The notes beneath the pieces were generated by a model. It saw nothing but the letters and a program-made list of their open reading frames with translations, ran no database searches and had not been told where the DNA came from. A stretch of 64,000 nucleotides of DNA from Tubiluchus corallicola (Eukaryota > Animalia > Priapulida): positions 372,001 to 436,000 of the forward strand of contig JAQGDQ010000023.1 in NCBI GenBank assembly GCA_030141605.1, in the 5' to 3' direction. Shown in pieces: positions 39,119-51,100 of this stretch (position 1 is the stretch's first letter; every line of letters starts with the position of its first letter). The translations under genes and the position numbers were made by a program.

Positions 39119-42100
39119 ATGGAGGGAACCACAATGACAAAGGTGAAGAAGAGCAAGTTTCTAAAGTGGGTGTATGAGAACAGAAAGACAATCATTCTCA
39201 TTGTCACACCTTTGTTACTTCTACCAATGGTTCTCAGCATTGGAACAAAGGCAAGTGTTAAATTTTTATCACAAATGTATTTTTAAGATCATTAGAGAAT
39301 TTGAATACCTAGGCCATATGTTCAAAATGATTTCTCATAGGCTTTTGTTTTAGCTAAAAACATCTTAAACTACCATAATGCTCAACTAGAAAAGAACGGA
39401 ATTATAAAAGCCCGTGGGTAGAGCTTGTAGTAAAACCACAGCTAGCTGCTTAGGTGTTGTTGAATACACATGTAGTGAGCTTTTTGTGTTGCGTACATAC
39501 TTTACCTGTTGCTCATGCTGTACATGACCTAGTTTGCTGGTCAACAGTTTGTTTTCCTACATGCCTAAATATACTGCTAGTTTTTATTGCGTTCAAGATG
39601 CACAGAATGTGAAAAAAATTTGTGTTATCTTATAATCTATACTCTGTAGTGCCAACATGGGTAGTTTGTATCTCGGATAGCTAAGAAAGGTGATAAAAAA
39701 GCTTATACTATTAGGCAGCAAAACAAATTCATCTTCAGCTTCACATCTTTGGTTAAACCTCTCTCAGATACTTCTTGCTAGTCAGAATCTGATGAAAATG
39801 TTTTAGAAGTGAAGATTTCTTTCACAATAAGTGTGTGAATTCACGACCAGATACGGCAGCTGAGTGATGACTTGCTTAAAAGTTGCATGACAGGCCAATC
39901 GTAGCGAACTTTTCACAAATGCTTGTGCATTTTTTTGTCAGTGTGACTCCAGTCTAAAAATTGGCAGTTTCATTTCAGTGTTATACCCAGACTTTCACTT
40001 TTTGTGGGCGGCTTTTGCTTTTTTTCTGGCTTTGGAAAGAGGATTACTAAATGTGCTGTGTTCATCCGTATTCATAATGTAGATTTACACTAACGTAAAT
40101 TTGGATTACTTACTGCTCCACAGGACGTGTCATTCCGCGAAGCCATCAGCTTTTGATATTAGTCAGAGTAGCAGCTTGTAAATGATCATTAGATAGGCTG
40201 GCTAGTGGCTAATGTACAGGTAATGCACTTGACCACTGCGGCATTTCATAATTCGCTTTCGATTAGTTGCGGTAATCGTAAAACTGATAGATTAGTTTTT
40301 GTTTTGATACTTTTGACGTAAGACTAGTGTCAATGTCATTTACATTTATATAGGACTTTATATGTGTCTTTAAATTTTATCCAAGATAACCTGTTCGCGT
40401 TCTTTTTTCTTCATCTATTGCCCGAATTTTCAGACGAGGGAGCTACGAATTGGAAAACTTGCTGGAGCTGTGTGTTCGGTAACGAAATCTCTCTATGGCA
40501 GCTGACATGAGATATTGTTTTGACAACTCGTTATTATACTATTCATGCAATTACCTGTGGCCATGTATATCATTTGTTGTACAAATATTCACAGTGAGCA
40601 GGGAAAATTGCCATTCGAAATTAACGTCACCTTAACTTTAATTATCTTATATGTTCTTAGAAAAGTTGATGAGCACGAACAGCATTACTGAATCGTAACA
40701 ATAACTCATTCTATGTGTCTTAACCGCAGTTGGCAGCACAAAATAAAATCGCTTGTCTGTTCTTATTTAAGGCAGTAATGGCATTGAAGCGTTAACAACA
40801 ATGTTAACGACACGTTTTAGTATTCAGTCCTCAAGTGTTTGCTGCTGTGAGCGTATTGAGTGTTCTTTTCAGAATACAGACTGGTTATTCTGTCCACCCG
40901 GGACTGACTGGTCTTACAAGGCTGTTTGATTAATAGACCAGACGAACATTAAATTTTGCAGTAAAATAAAACCCGCATGTCTATCTGTAGCTCCAAGGCA
41001 CACATACACACACTGCTCATTACATTAGCTGAGTTTCTAGCTTCCTAACATGGTCCTCTGACATATTCGTCGGATCTCAAAGGGAAGACATTGTTAAGCA
41101 CTGATAACGTTAGGCTACAGTAGTACCACGCTAACAATGGTTTAGGTTGTGTTCTGTACTATTTTACATTAGATTGCATGATTTTATGTGACATTATATT
41201 GGAATTATAAATGCAATGGAAAACAAAACACACCCATACATTACTTGATCATAAGTATTTTGAGAACAAAACATTTTTCATTACTACCAAATTTTTTTTC
41301 ATATATGTTACTGTTACAGACAGGTAAGATAAAACGTACATGACTAAATGAAAACATGTGATGAAGCCATAAAGTTTTTAAACTATAGAGTATAGTACAG
41401 TGCTGAGCAGTCTTGCTATTTAACGGCTGAAATTAAATTATGTTCAGAAGGGCAAAAAGATTCTAACCCTTTTGGCAAACGAAATTACCTTTTACAATTA
41501 AGTTAGCTTCTTTTTTCCCATTTCTTTGACATGTGTTTTATGCAACTAATCTTATGCTATCGGCTAACTTGTTTGTCCCTCTGATCCAGTATATAATTCG
41601 AATAATTGAAATAATGAACAATTTCTCATTAGTCATTATCCTACTAAATTGTGTCGATTTCAAACGCGTACGTTTCATGTAGTCAATGAAACAGCGCAAC
41701 ACTGTATTGTGTGATAGAGTACAACATCACTATAGACATGGCAATATCGTATTGATTTCACTGCTGGCAAAGCGTCAAGTTTGTGAGAAGCCATACTGCT
41801 GCTGGCACCATGCCAAGTTTTATATGATAAAACTCGGCAAATACCACTCTCGCCGATTGTTACCTTAAAATTGTAATTGCTGTAGCGTTTATGTTACTGG
41901 GATGGATTTCAAAGACGCTACTAATATGTTGGAAAATTCTTGGCAAGATTAGAACAAATGACATGGTAATGCACCATTGGCTCCTTGCATAACTACCAAT
42001 TCATCGATTAATGTTTTCGCGGGTCGGCTGTTGAGTTCTAAGAGCATCCAGAGTGCACTAGGGGAAGATTTAGTAGATTAGCACACGAAATATGGCGACA

Positions 42101-45100
42101 ATTGCTTGATGACGTCATGCAGAGGTGCTTAGAGGAAATCGAGTCAATTAACACGAGATTTAAGATGTTTTACGGTGATTGTGTGCAGAGGGAAATTCAT
42201 ATTCTTCGCATTATATTATAAAGTCGCAATTCCTCGAGGCTTTGTATTGCAATGGTTTTTGCTATGCGTGTGCGTTAATCATCAGTTTTGTGCTTGTATG
42301 CGTCTCTAAATGTTTATTGAACTCAATTGCAGGTGTTCAGATTATTTCTTTTACTTTTATAAACTGTCAAGCGTCTGAATTGGCTTCATTTTATTGCTGT
42401 GACGTCACGAAAGTCATTGATTTCCAATACAAGTTTTTATACGAATTTTAAAAGCTCGAATCGAATGGGGACTTGCGTGGTGCGCGCTGAATGTCCAACA
42501 AATGAACTCTTTGCAAACGTTGCATGGTTAAATGTAACGGTGAATGTAGAAATAATTGATTGGACTTTGTTTAAATTACACATAGGAGTCATATATGCAT
42601 TGCTGATTAGCGTGGAAGTAATGAATGTTAATCGGTTTGGGACCGTACCAAATTTTCAGACTCGAGGTGAAATGTTCGGCTTTAAAGAGTTAAACTGTCG
42701 TGTGCCCGCAATTTCACAGTCACTTGTCTTTACTTGGAAATGAAAGCGCTTTGAATTGCGCACTGCACTCTTTCTGAACTGAAGCATTTTTAAATGCTGT
42801 TTAGAGGTTAGCTGGTCTCAAAGCCGCCATTCAAACAAATTTTGTGATTATACTAATCGTCGCTGTATGTCGGCATTACTTAGGTTGTCATTGTTTTGGC
42901 TAGATTCTGTAAAATGCATTTTCATTATTAAATCAATTTTTGTCTTACGTGTGCTTAATCTGTATAATTATATATGTATAAATGATGGCCTATAACCTTA
43001 GTTAACACAACGTTCGACCCGTTGCATGGTTATGATGATCATAATACTACTGCGGAGTGGTACCAGTTTAGTTTCTGGTACTGTGGGTGCTGCACGAAAT
43101 CAGTGCATATTAAGAAAATGAAATACTTAGATCCACGGTAATTGAATTTGAACAATCTTATCATTTGGTTGTGAATCCATACTGTTTTTCCTTGGTTGTT
43201 GTAATGGGACAGTGCTTCATTTTCAGCTGACGCGGAGTTAGAAAGAGCTTCCCTGCCAGCCACTAATAATTTTCATGGTCACAAATTTATTGAACTTCCC
43301 AGACGCCAATTAATACAAACCCACAACATTATTGTTCAAGTACTAAGCAATTTGTGCTGCTGAGCAGTTCCCAAGTCTTTGTGCTCTGTGCATTTCTGTT
43401 TACTGCTTGTCTTACCGAATTGACCTTATTTTTAGTTTTATGGCCATGCACTCACTGCACTACAGTTTGTTTAAACGCTAGCTTGCTAAGTTTTGGGTTT
43501 CGTTCGATGTACAATTGTACATAAAAACACAGAAGCGCATACTCTACATTCTCCAAGTATTTTTCAAAAATTACCGTACCTGCCATGAGTGCTATTGTAA
43601 ATTATAAAATATCAGCCTGGGAATTGTATTAGCTCATAATTATGTTATACGCAGTTCCGACAAAATTGAACAAACACCCAGTCAGTACAATGTAAGAATA
43701 TTAAAATTTAATATGAGTTTGGTCGCTTTCATATATTGCTGAACTGCTGTGAATGGTAATAATACGTCAAATAACGCATTTTGCATTAAATTATAGTCCA
43801 AAACTTCGTCTGAGATGGGGTATTCTCTAAAATCACATTTTTAATTGGTTTTACCTGCTCCATAATTATGACATATTTTTTCGTTTAATAACATGAATTA
43901 ATAATGATGTTAATTATTTTGTTTAATAATCACAACTTTTTTGAACTGATTTCAGGAAGCCAAATGTGCATTTGTGATACTAGTAATGGCGGTGTATTGG
44001 ATGACGGAAGTACTACCTCTAGCTGTTACGTCACTCATGCCCGCTGTACTTTTTCCATTATTAGGCGTCGTACCTTCTGGAACTGTTGCTGCACAGTATC
44101 TCAAAGTAAGTTCGTGGCTGATATATCAGAAGTTATTAAAGTAAGTTCGTGGCTGATATATCAGAAGTTATTAAAGTAAGTTCGTGACTGATATATCAGA
44201 AGTTATTAAAGTAAGTTCGTGACTGATATATCAGAAGTTATCAAAGTAAGTTCGTGGCTGATATGTCAGAAGTTATTAAAGTAAGTTCGTGACTGACATA
44301 TCAGAAGTTATTAAAGTAAGTTCGTGGCTGATATGTCAGAAGTTATTAAAGTAAGTTTGTGGCGGATATATCAGAAGTTATTATTTGATAAAAATTTGAT
44401 AAAGTTACGATGTAAAACGTTTGTTATTTGACGTTGATTACATGTGCCATTCATCGTTGTTGTTTACGTTTAGAGATACTTATGGCCGTTGGCTAATATC
44501 TTGTGTTTGGCATGCAGTGATCCATGGACGCATTTTATGTTTCTTCAAGTCAATAAGAGAAAGTATTAACTTGATAGGGGAATGCTTGCTAGCCTGTTTG
44601 TAGATAGAATTACAAGCTAAACGGCTCATTCTTTTCGTTCGAAAAAATAATTTGTTTATAGAGCCCTAGTGTGAGTAATGTTCAGTGAGTTAGTGTTTTG
44701 TGGAATACCACCATTCTAGGCGATAACTATTTGTCATAATAGACAGATTTTTGAAGGACTTATAAAATAAGTAAATTAAAGAAACGGCATAGTCGCGTAG
44801 TGTTTGTTTGCTAAGTTTTTTATCTAATCATTAACGTGAACAGTTGCTCTTGACGTGTCATTAGCTGAAGAAATTCCAACGAAAGTTATTTTAGTTCGGC
44901 ATTTCCAGATTAAGTTTTACTTACACCAATTTTCTTAATTCATATTGTCATTGTAAGAAATTGCATTTAGAATTACTGAATCCTGCAGTCAGATCTTAAG
45001 ATCTTAATTTTTGACCTGTTCTCTCCATTTTCATGGCCTCTGGTTAGGTGAAAATTAGATTAACATGAGAATAAAGTTTGATGCCATAAACTTCAACAAT

Positions 45101-48100
45101 TCATCAGTCAGGACGGGGAATGACTTATTATTTTCATATGGAAACATTCTCAAAACAGTATTTCACCAGTTTCAAGATACGAATGTTGAAGGCTTTAAAG
45201 TTGACACATTTGTATCATCATAACAAAAACACTGATTATCAAAGTCAAATGCATTAATGAAATTAGTTATTAAAATTTAAGTGCTTTGGAGTTGTGATTA
45301 GAATTAAATTCTGAAAGCACTTAAATTTTAATAATTAAAAAACTGTTATTTTTACTTTGGCGATATCTTATTGTGATGATTACTAAAGATGGCTGTGCTG
45401 TCTTGATACATTTGCAACTTGATTTATTGTTTTTTCATTACATGTAATTATCTCAGGTATATTAATGTATATTTATCTCGGGTATATATCAGGCCTTAAT
45501 AATAAACAAAATTTAGTGTCAAATGTCACAACACTAAGTTTGGTGACATTGGCATTTTTAGCTTAAGTTATACCTTTCCTGTCTTTATTCATGAAGATAT
45601 ATAGATAACCCAGCTAAGCGGGAACAATTACAGCAATTGTAGTTATCTACTAAGTGTAGTTGATTATATTTCTAGGACACAAACATGTTGTTTATTGGTG
45701 GTCTAGTGGTGGCCATTGGAGTCGAACACAGGAATCTTCATAGACGGATTGCTTTACGAGTCTTAATGCTAGTCGGTTCAAAACCTCGATGGTATGTCCT
45801 TTTATGTAAACAACAATCAATATATAGTCTTTTAACCACGTATTGATGTAGCAGAGATTAATTGTTAAATTAACAAGTATGTGCTATTGTAAATCACTCT
45901 TCCTATTACAGTAACTCTCATTTTGCAGAATCAGTTTTTGTCAAACAATTTTACTTGTCAGTTATCAATACAATAATGGCAGACCACGCATAATATTTAA
46001 ACTTTTATTAGAAGAAAAATGATGTTTCGTTTACTGGCAGCAAGCTTTCTTGCCATAAAAGTTCAAACATTATGTGAGGATTACCGTTATTGTATTGATC
46101 AAATTTCCAATCAAGTTTGCCAGGTGCCAGTTCGGTTTGGCTTATTCAAGAATTTCTTATAATTTGTGTCACTATATGCATTCATGTACTAGTTTGCTTG
46201 GCCTTGACTTGTGTTCTGATCTTAGATAGGAGAAGCATCTTGCAGAAATGGCTAAGACGTTATCTCGACAAAAGTCTGGCTCCTGTATCTAATTCCTCAC
46301 TTCTGATACAATACTGTGTTTTACGTTTCATTTAAAAAGTTTATCTGAAAAGGTAGTGCCCTGTTTTATTGACTGACCTTGTGAAGGTCATTTTAGTGGC
46401 CGAGGACTGCTACTTTGTAAAACAGGCAGCATATGATTTTGACGTCTAGTCAAACAGGCTTTGCTATGTAATTCTGGGTACCCTATTGGCTGACGTCAGG
46501 GGAGTGTTTTATTGCATCAGTAGTATTGATTTTTATTGCTTGTGAGAAGATTTTCTGATCATGTGAGGCACAAGATGAACGCCCTTGGCAAAGTTTCAAT
46601 GTCCTGAAATGCTGTTTATATGAGTTGGTAGATTGCCAAAGCTAATTACAGTGTCAGAATGCGGATGGTTGTAAAGTACGTTGCTCTACGCTGGCGGATA
46701 TATAAAATTCACTTTGAAAAATAAATATTTGAAACAATCGTTGGGACACCATTTTAGTTTTTGGTTATTTTAATTCTCAGTCATCGTTGATCTTATTATA
46801 AACGTATTCGAACAGTTTAGTCCTGTATTTTGTCTTAACGGGGAGGGCGTTATTTTCATAACAAAAAGTATTAAGCATCCCAGGTGGGCAGGGAAAAGAG
46901 CAAATTTAAAGTCAGAGAAAGAAACCTACAGCAGATGACATATATACATAAGTATATACAAGGCCTCTATTTGCAAGCCAAAATTCATGGCGTTAATTAC
47001 TATGCCAATTTAAGAATATGATGGGGAGGGGGAGGGCAGGGAAAGGGAGAGCGACAGCGAACTTTTTTCAAGGTCATAAGTTTAAAGACAGGAATTGTTG
47101 ATTATAATTTCTGTGCATCATAACATTTTGTTCTTGATAAATTTAACCATGTCTGCTGCAATATTTGCGCGGTAACAAGAACCGTCTGCTCGCGTCAAGT
47201 TTACAGCTTAGAAAGAGCGTTAGTTTAACTTCAATGGCAGCTAAACTATTTTTGAAACAAATAAAAACTGTGCCGCGTCAAGTTGTAATAGGACAGAAAA
47301 CTGAGAGTGAAAGTGAGGCTGTGTATGCGCGCCATCAGAGTCTAATCACGGGTTAGCTTACTCATCTAAACATTCCAATATGGAGCCCAGGATTGATGAG
47401 TGCCTAAAAATAAAATCTTGTTTCAACAGTGAGAAGGTTATTAGTGTCTTTAATGGTGATGCTGCATAACATAATTCACTTTCCTAATTATCTTAGTCTC
47501 CATTGTTTATAGCTTTTGTTTAAAAATTCATGAACGATTTTTGTACAACTTGGCACACTACTAGCGGGAATCCAGAGCCCAGTGGCAGGACCGGTTTCTG
47601 GGTCATTTTGTCCTGGTAGCCCTCCAAGTTCAGACTCAAGGTCTAAGTGCAACAATGGTTACTTAGCCATGTACAGATATCAACACAGTGTACAAGCAAA
47701 GACGTAGGCGGCGACTTAGCACGTTATTCATCCTCCCTCAGTGAAAAGAAGGAATGAATCTACATCAGCTCTACATACTGTGGTTTGCATATTTCTCCGT
47801 AATGTGGGTTTGTTTGTCCGTGGTTACCTAGATATACCATGGCGGTCGCAAACACAACTTGACGTTGTGAACTCTTATATAAAATGTCACCTGCTGAGTT
47901 CTTAAATTGATTTAAAGCACTATTGCATTAATGATACTGGCAAGGGGTACGGGGTGGGAGTGGAGGTGGGATGTGTCGAATGTCTAATATGGACCATATT
48001 ATTTTAAAATTTCAATAAGTTGTTTTTGCATAACAGCAAGTATTGGTTGGTGGAGTCGATATGTCAGGAATCAGAGATAATAATTCTTTGGTTTGTTGAA

Positions 48101-51100
48101 TTCTCACTGGACGATTAGTGTTGGGTTGCACGTCATTTCATTAGCACTTAGCCGCTTGCTTATAATCTGCTAACGTGAATGAAAGGATGAATACATGATC
48201 AACTCACTGTTGAGTTCGTCTCCGTCTGAAATATTCATAAGATTAGGTCAGGTAATTAACCACATTTCATTCACCGAGCGCTTTCTTTCATTGCTTTGCA
48301 CGGCATCAGAGAATGTAGTATCCGCTGAACAGCATGTAATTATTGTCCGTACTAATATTAATTATGCCTAGTATTGCTGAGTAATTATGAAGTATGTGTG
48401 AAGAATTTCTGTTACATTTACGCTGATAATAGCCAGTTTATAGAGCGAAAATTGATGTGGTTTGTGGATTTGCTAATCCTGGATAGTTCAAAATTTTGAA
48501 TCTAAGAAAACTTTCTGGACTTATAGATTATTACATTTATTTTCGAATTCTAATCTTGCGACTCATGTGTTGAGACTATTTTTTAAACAAACTTGTTTGC
48601 TCTACCTAAAACTGGAACACTTTTCACATCATAATTTAACTCTTTTTTACTGCATGGTATCTGCATTAAAGTTATGTTCATTTCAGTGTCTTTGCATAAT
48701 TCTATTGATTTTTCTCGAAAAAGAATATTTTCAAAATTTTTGATGCCAAAGAATGTTTGTACAACTTCGATTGTTGAAATAATCATTTTTGCCTAAATGT
48801 TTTAATCAACCTACGTAAGTTTTTTGAATCTGAAGAAATATATTTGCTTTTAATCTTCAAAAAATTGGGCTTTCTTAATTCCAAGAATAAAAAAGAAATT
48901 TTCGTGTTTATGGATTTCTGTCAGCATTAATAAAAATTGCATTTGCAACATTGCTGTAAATGTGCGAATTTCCACTTTTTGCAGGTTAATGTTAGGAATT
49001 ATTGGTACATCATTTCTTCTCTCAATGTGGATAAGCAACACTGCTGCCACCGCCATGATGGTTCCCATTGTTCAAGCTGTTGTAAATCAACTCATCTGTC
49101 TTCGTCATCAGAAGCGAGACTACGAAGAAGAGCTACAGTTTGAAAATGGTAAAGTTTGCATTAAGCTTTTCATGCTAAATTTCACTGTGTTGAAGTACAG
49201 GATCATAATTCACAGCAATTAAATAACATGAAACTATTTTTGACGTCTCACAGGAATTTATAAAAGTTACAAGTCGATTCAGTAAATGTTAGTTGTATCG
49301 CTAGATTGCAGTTGTTGCACTGTCACTGTTAAAATTTTCAGTATCAAATTGTAAATTTCTCAACTTTATATCAGACCTGCTCATTCCTAAGGTGCGTCAG
49401 TCAGGCTTTTCTGTATACCAAAGATTATGAAAATAAGTTTATATAAAAAAATTAAAGAAAATTTTACTTAATCGGTAAGTATTGGCTGTTTGCATCATTT
49501 ATCGTGTCTGAAAGACTAACTGCAATCGAGCTAGCCACTTTTCCCATAAGTCTAGTCAGTATAAGCGTTCCTGTAGAACAATTATTTGTGAAGCAATAAA
49601 AGTTCTAAATTGTGTTTTAAAATGTTTTGAACAATTTCTCGTAATTTCCTTTTATCTAAACAATTGCGTGAAAGCAAGTGCATTTATTCTCTAATACATG
49701 AAAAAGTTTGCTACTAATGTATCTAGGCCATTGCAATAATTATTGTACTATTGGTTTGTTGAGGGAAACCCTTGTTCTATTCTTGAAAATCAAAGTACGA
49801 CACACGTGAGCAAAATATGCAACATAACCACTAAATTTTATTTGCATGAGCAGTAATTATTGTTCTATATTCTGGTAGCATACTTGGGTTATTTGGTACA
49901 ATAATGATGTTTATTTTCAGTTGCAAATCCTAACTATGAAGAGGAAAAACAGAAATCACGTCACAACACCATAACCAGTGGGACAGGTAGACCACGTGGT
50001 GACACTGTGACCAGTTGGACGGGTAGACCGCGTGGTGACACTGTGACCAGCTGGACGGGCAGACCGCGTGGTGACACTATAACCAGTTGGACTGGGAGGC
50101 CTCGCGGTGACACCATAAGCAGCATGACTGGCGGTGTTGGTCCAGGTGGGAGACACCGAGAACGCCTAGCCAGTATGCGCGGTTACCGTGACCGTAGTGG
50201 AACGACTCTCACTCAGCCCGAGTTCGAGATAAAGGCACGCGAGATTGAGGAGTATGCAGAAGAATTTGGTGGCATTCCAGACGAAGATGTCAAGGACATG
50301 GCGGACATTGAGCATATTGGAATTGAACACAAGTGAGTTTGTCCTGTTAAATTTACTTTGTTGATTGGCATGTTTGTAAAGTGTTTGCTGGCACTCATCA
50401 CTTTACTTTGAAGAAGCAAATGTAGCAGTTTAGTACAAGCAGGTTATCACTGAGTAATCTAGCTTTAGAGAGACGTCAGGCAAGCAAAACCTGTATTGTT
50501 CTTAGTGTCAGAAATGCATCGCCGCAAAGGCGTGTCAGAGTAATTGCTAACAACAATAATACCTTCAGGTAATGAAGCCAATTGAGAACTAGGTCAGGTC
50601 TTTAATGGCATCATGATCATGGCCTACATTGATCATTACTTTTACTGTTAAATAGGTGTGTATGCTGGTATTCACAGGAAACTTGCACACAATCTGAACA
50701 CTGTTGTTTTTGAGGAAACTGTGGTGCCTGTTTCATAGCAGGTAGCACCCAATTAAACACCACCTATTCACATTTATTTTGTGCAGTTTTTCTGTCTATG
50801 TTGCACATGCTAATCACACACACAATGATTTTGTTTCTAGTTGTTTCTCACACCCATGTTATATGATAGGAATTCTGAGCATGACATGGAGCTGGATATG
50901 CCCATGATGAATTTCTTAAATGTGTTTCAAGAAGAGGATCGCCGCTCCGACTCGGTCAGTGACAATAGCGGCATGCAGGAGATGGATGTTATGATTAAAC
51001 CTTCCCAGGAGCAGAATGGTCACATTGTGCAGGACGTGGAGAAGGGCGACACCACAGAGGAGGGATATTTACCCCAACGTGGATCTAAAAATAGAGTTCG

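Noticed and set aside
41686-43263. Short ORFs in SLC13 intron 1 as a nested gene
   Set aside because: No recognisable domains, coding-like composition or consistent splice structure.
44103-44382. CRISPR array (35-bp repeats)
   Set aside because: Units are head-to-tail with no unique spacers, there are no cas genes, and the context is a eukaryotic intron.
49989-50132. Four RGD integrin-binding motifs in SLC13
   Set aside because: The loop is expected to be cytoplasmic, and flanking motifs (RERLAS, RDRSGT, KSRHNT) keep RxRxxS/T but not RGD, so RGD looks incidental.
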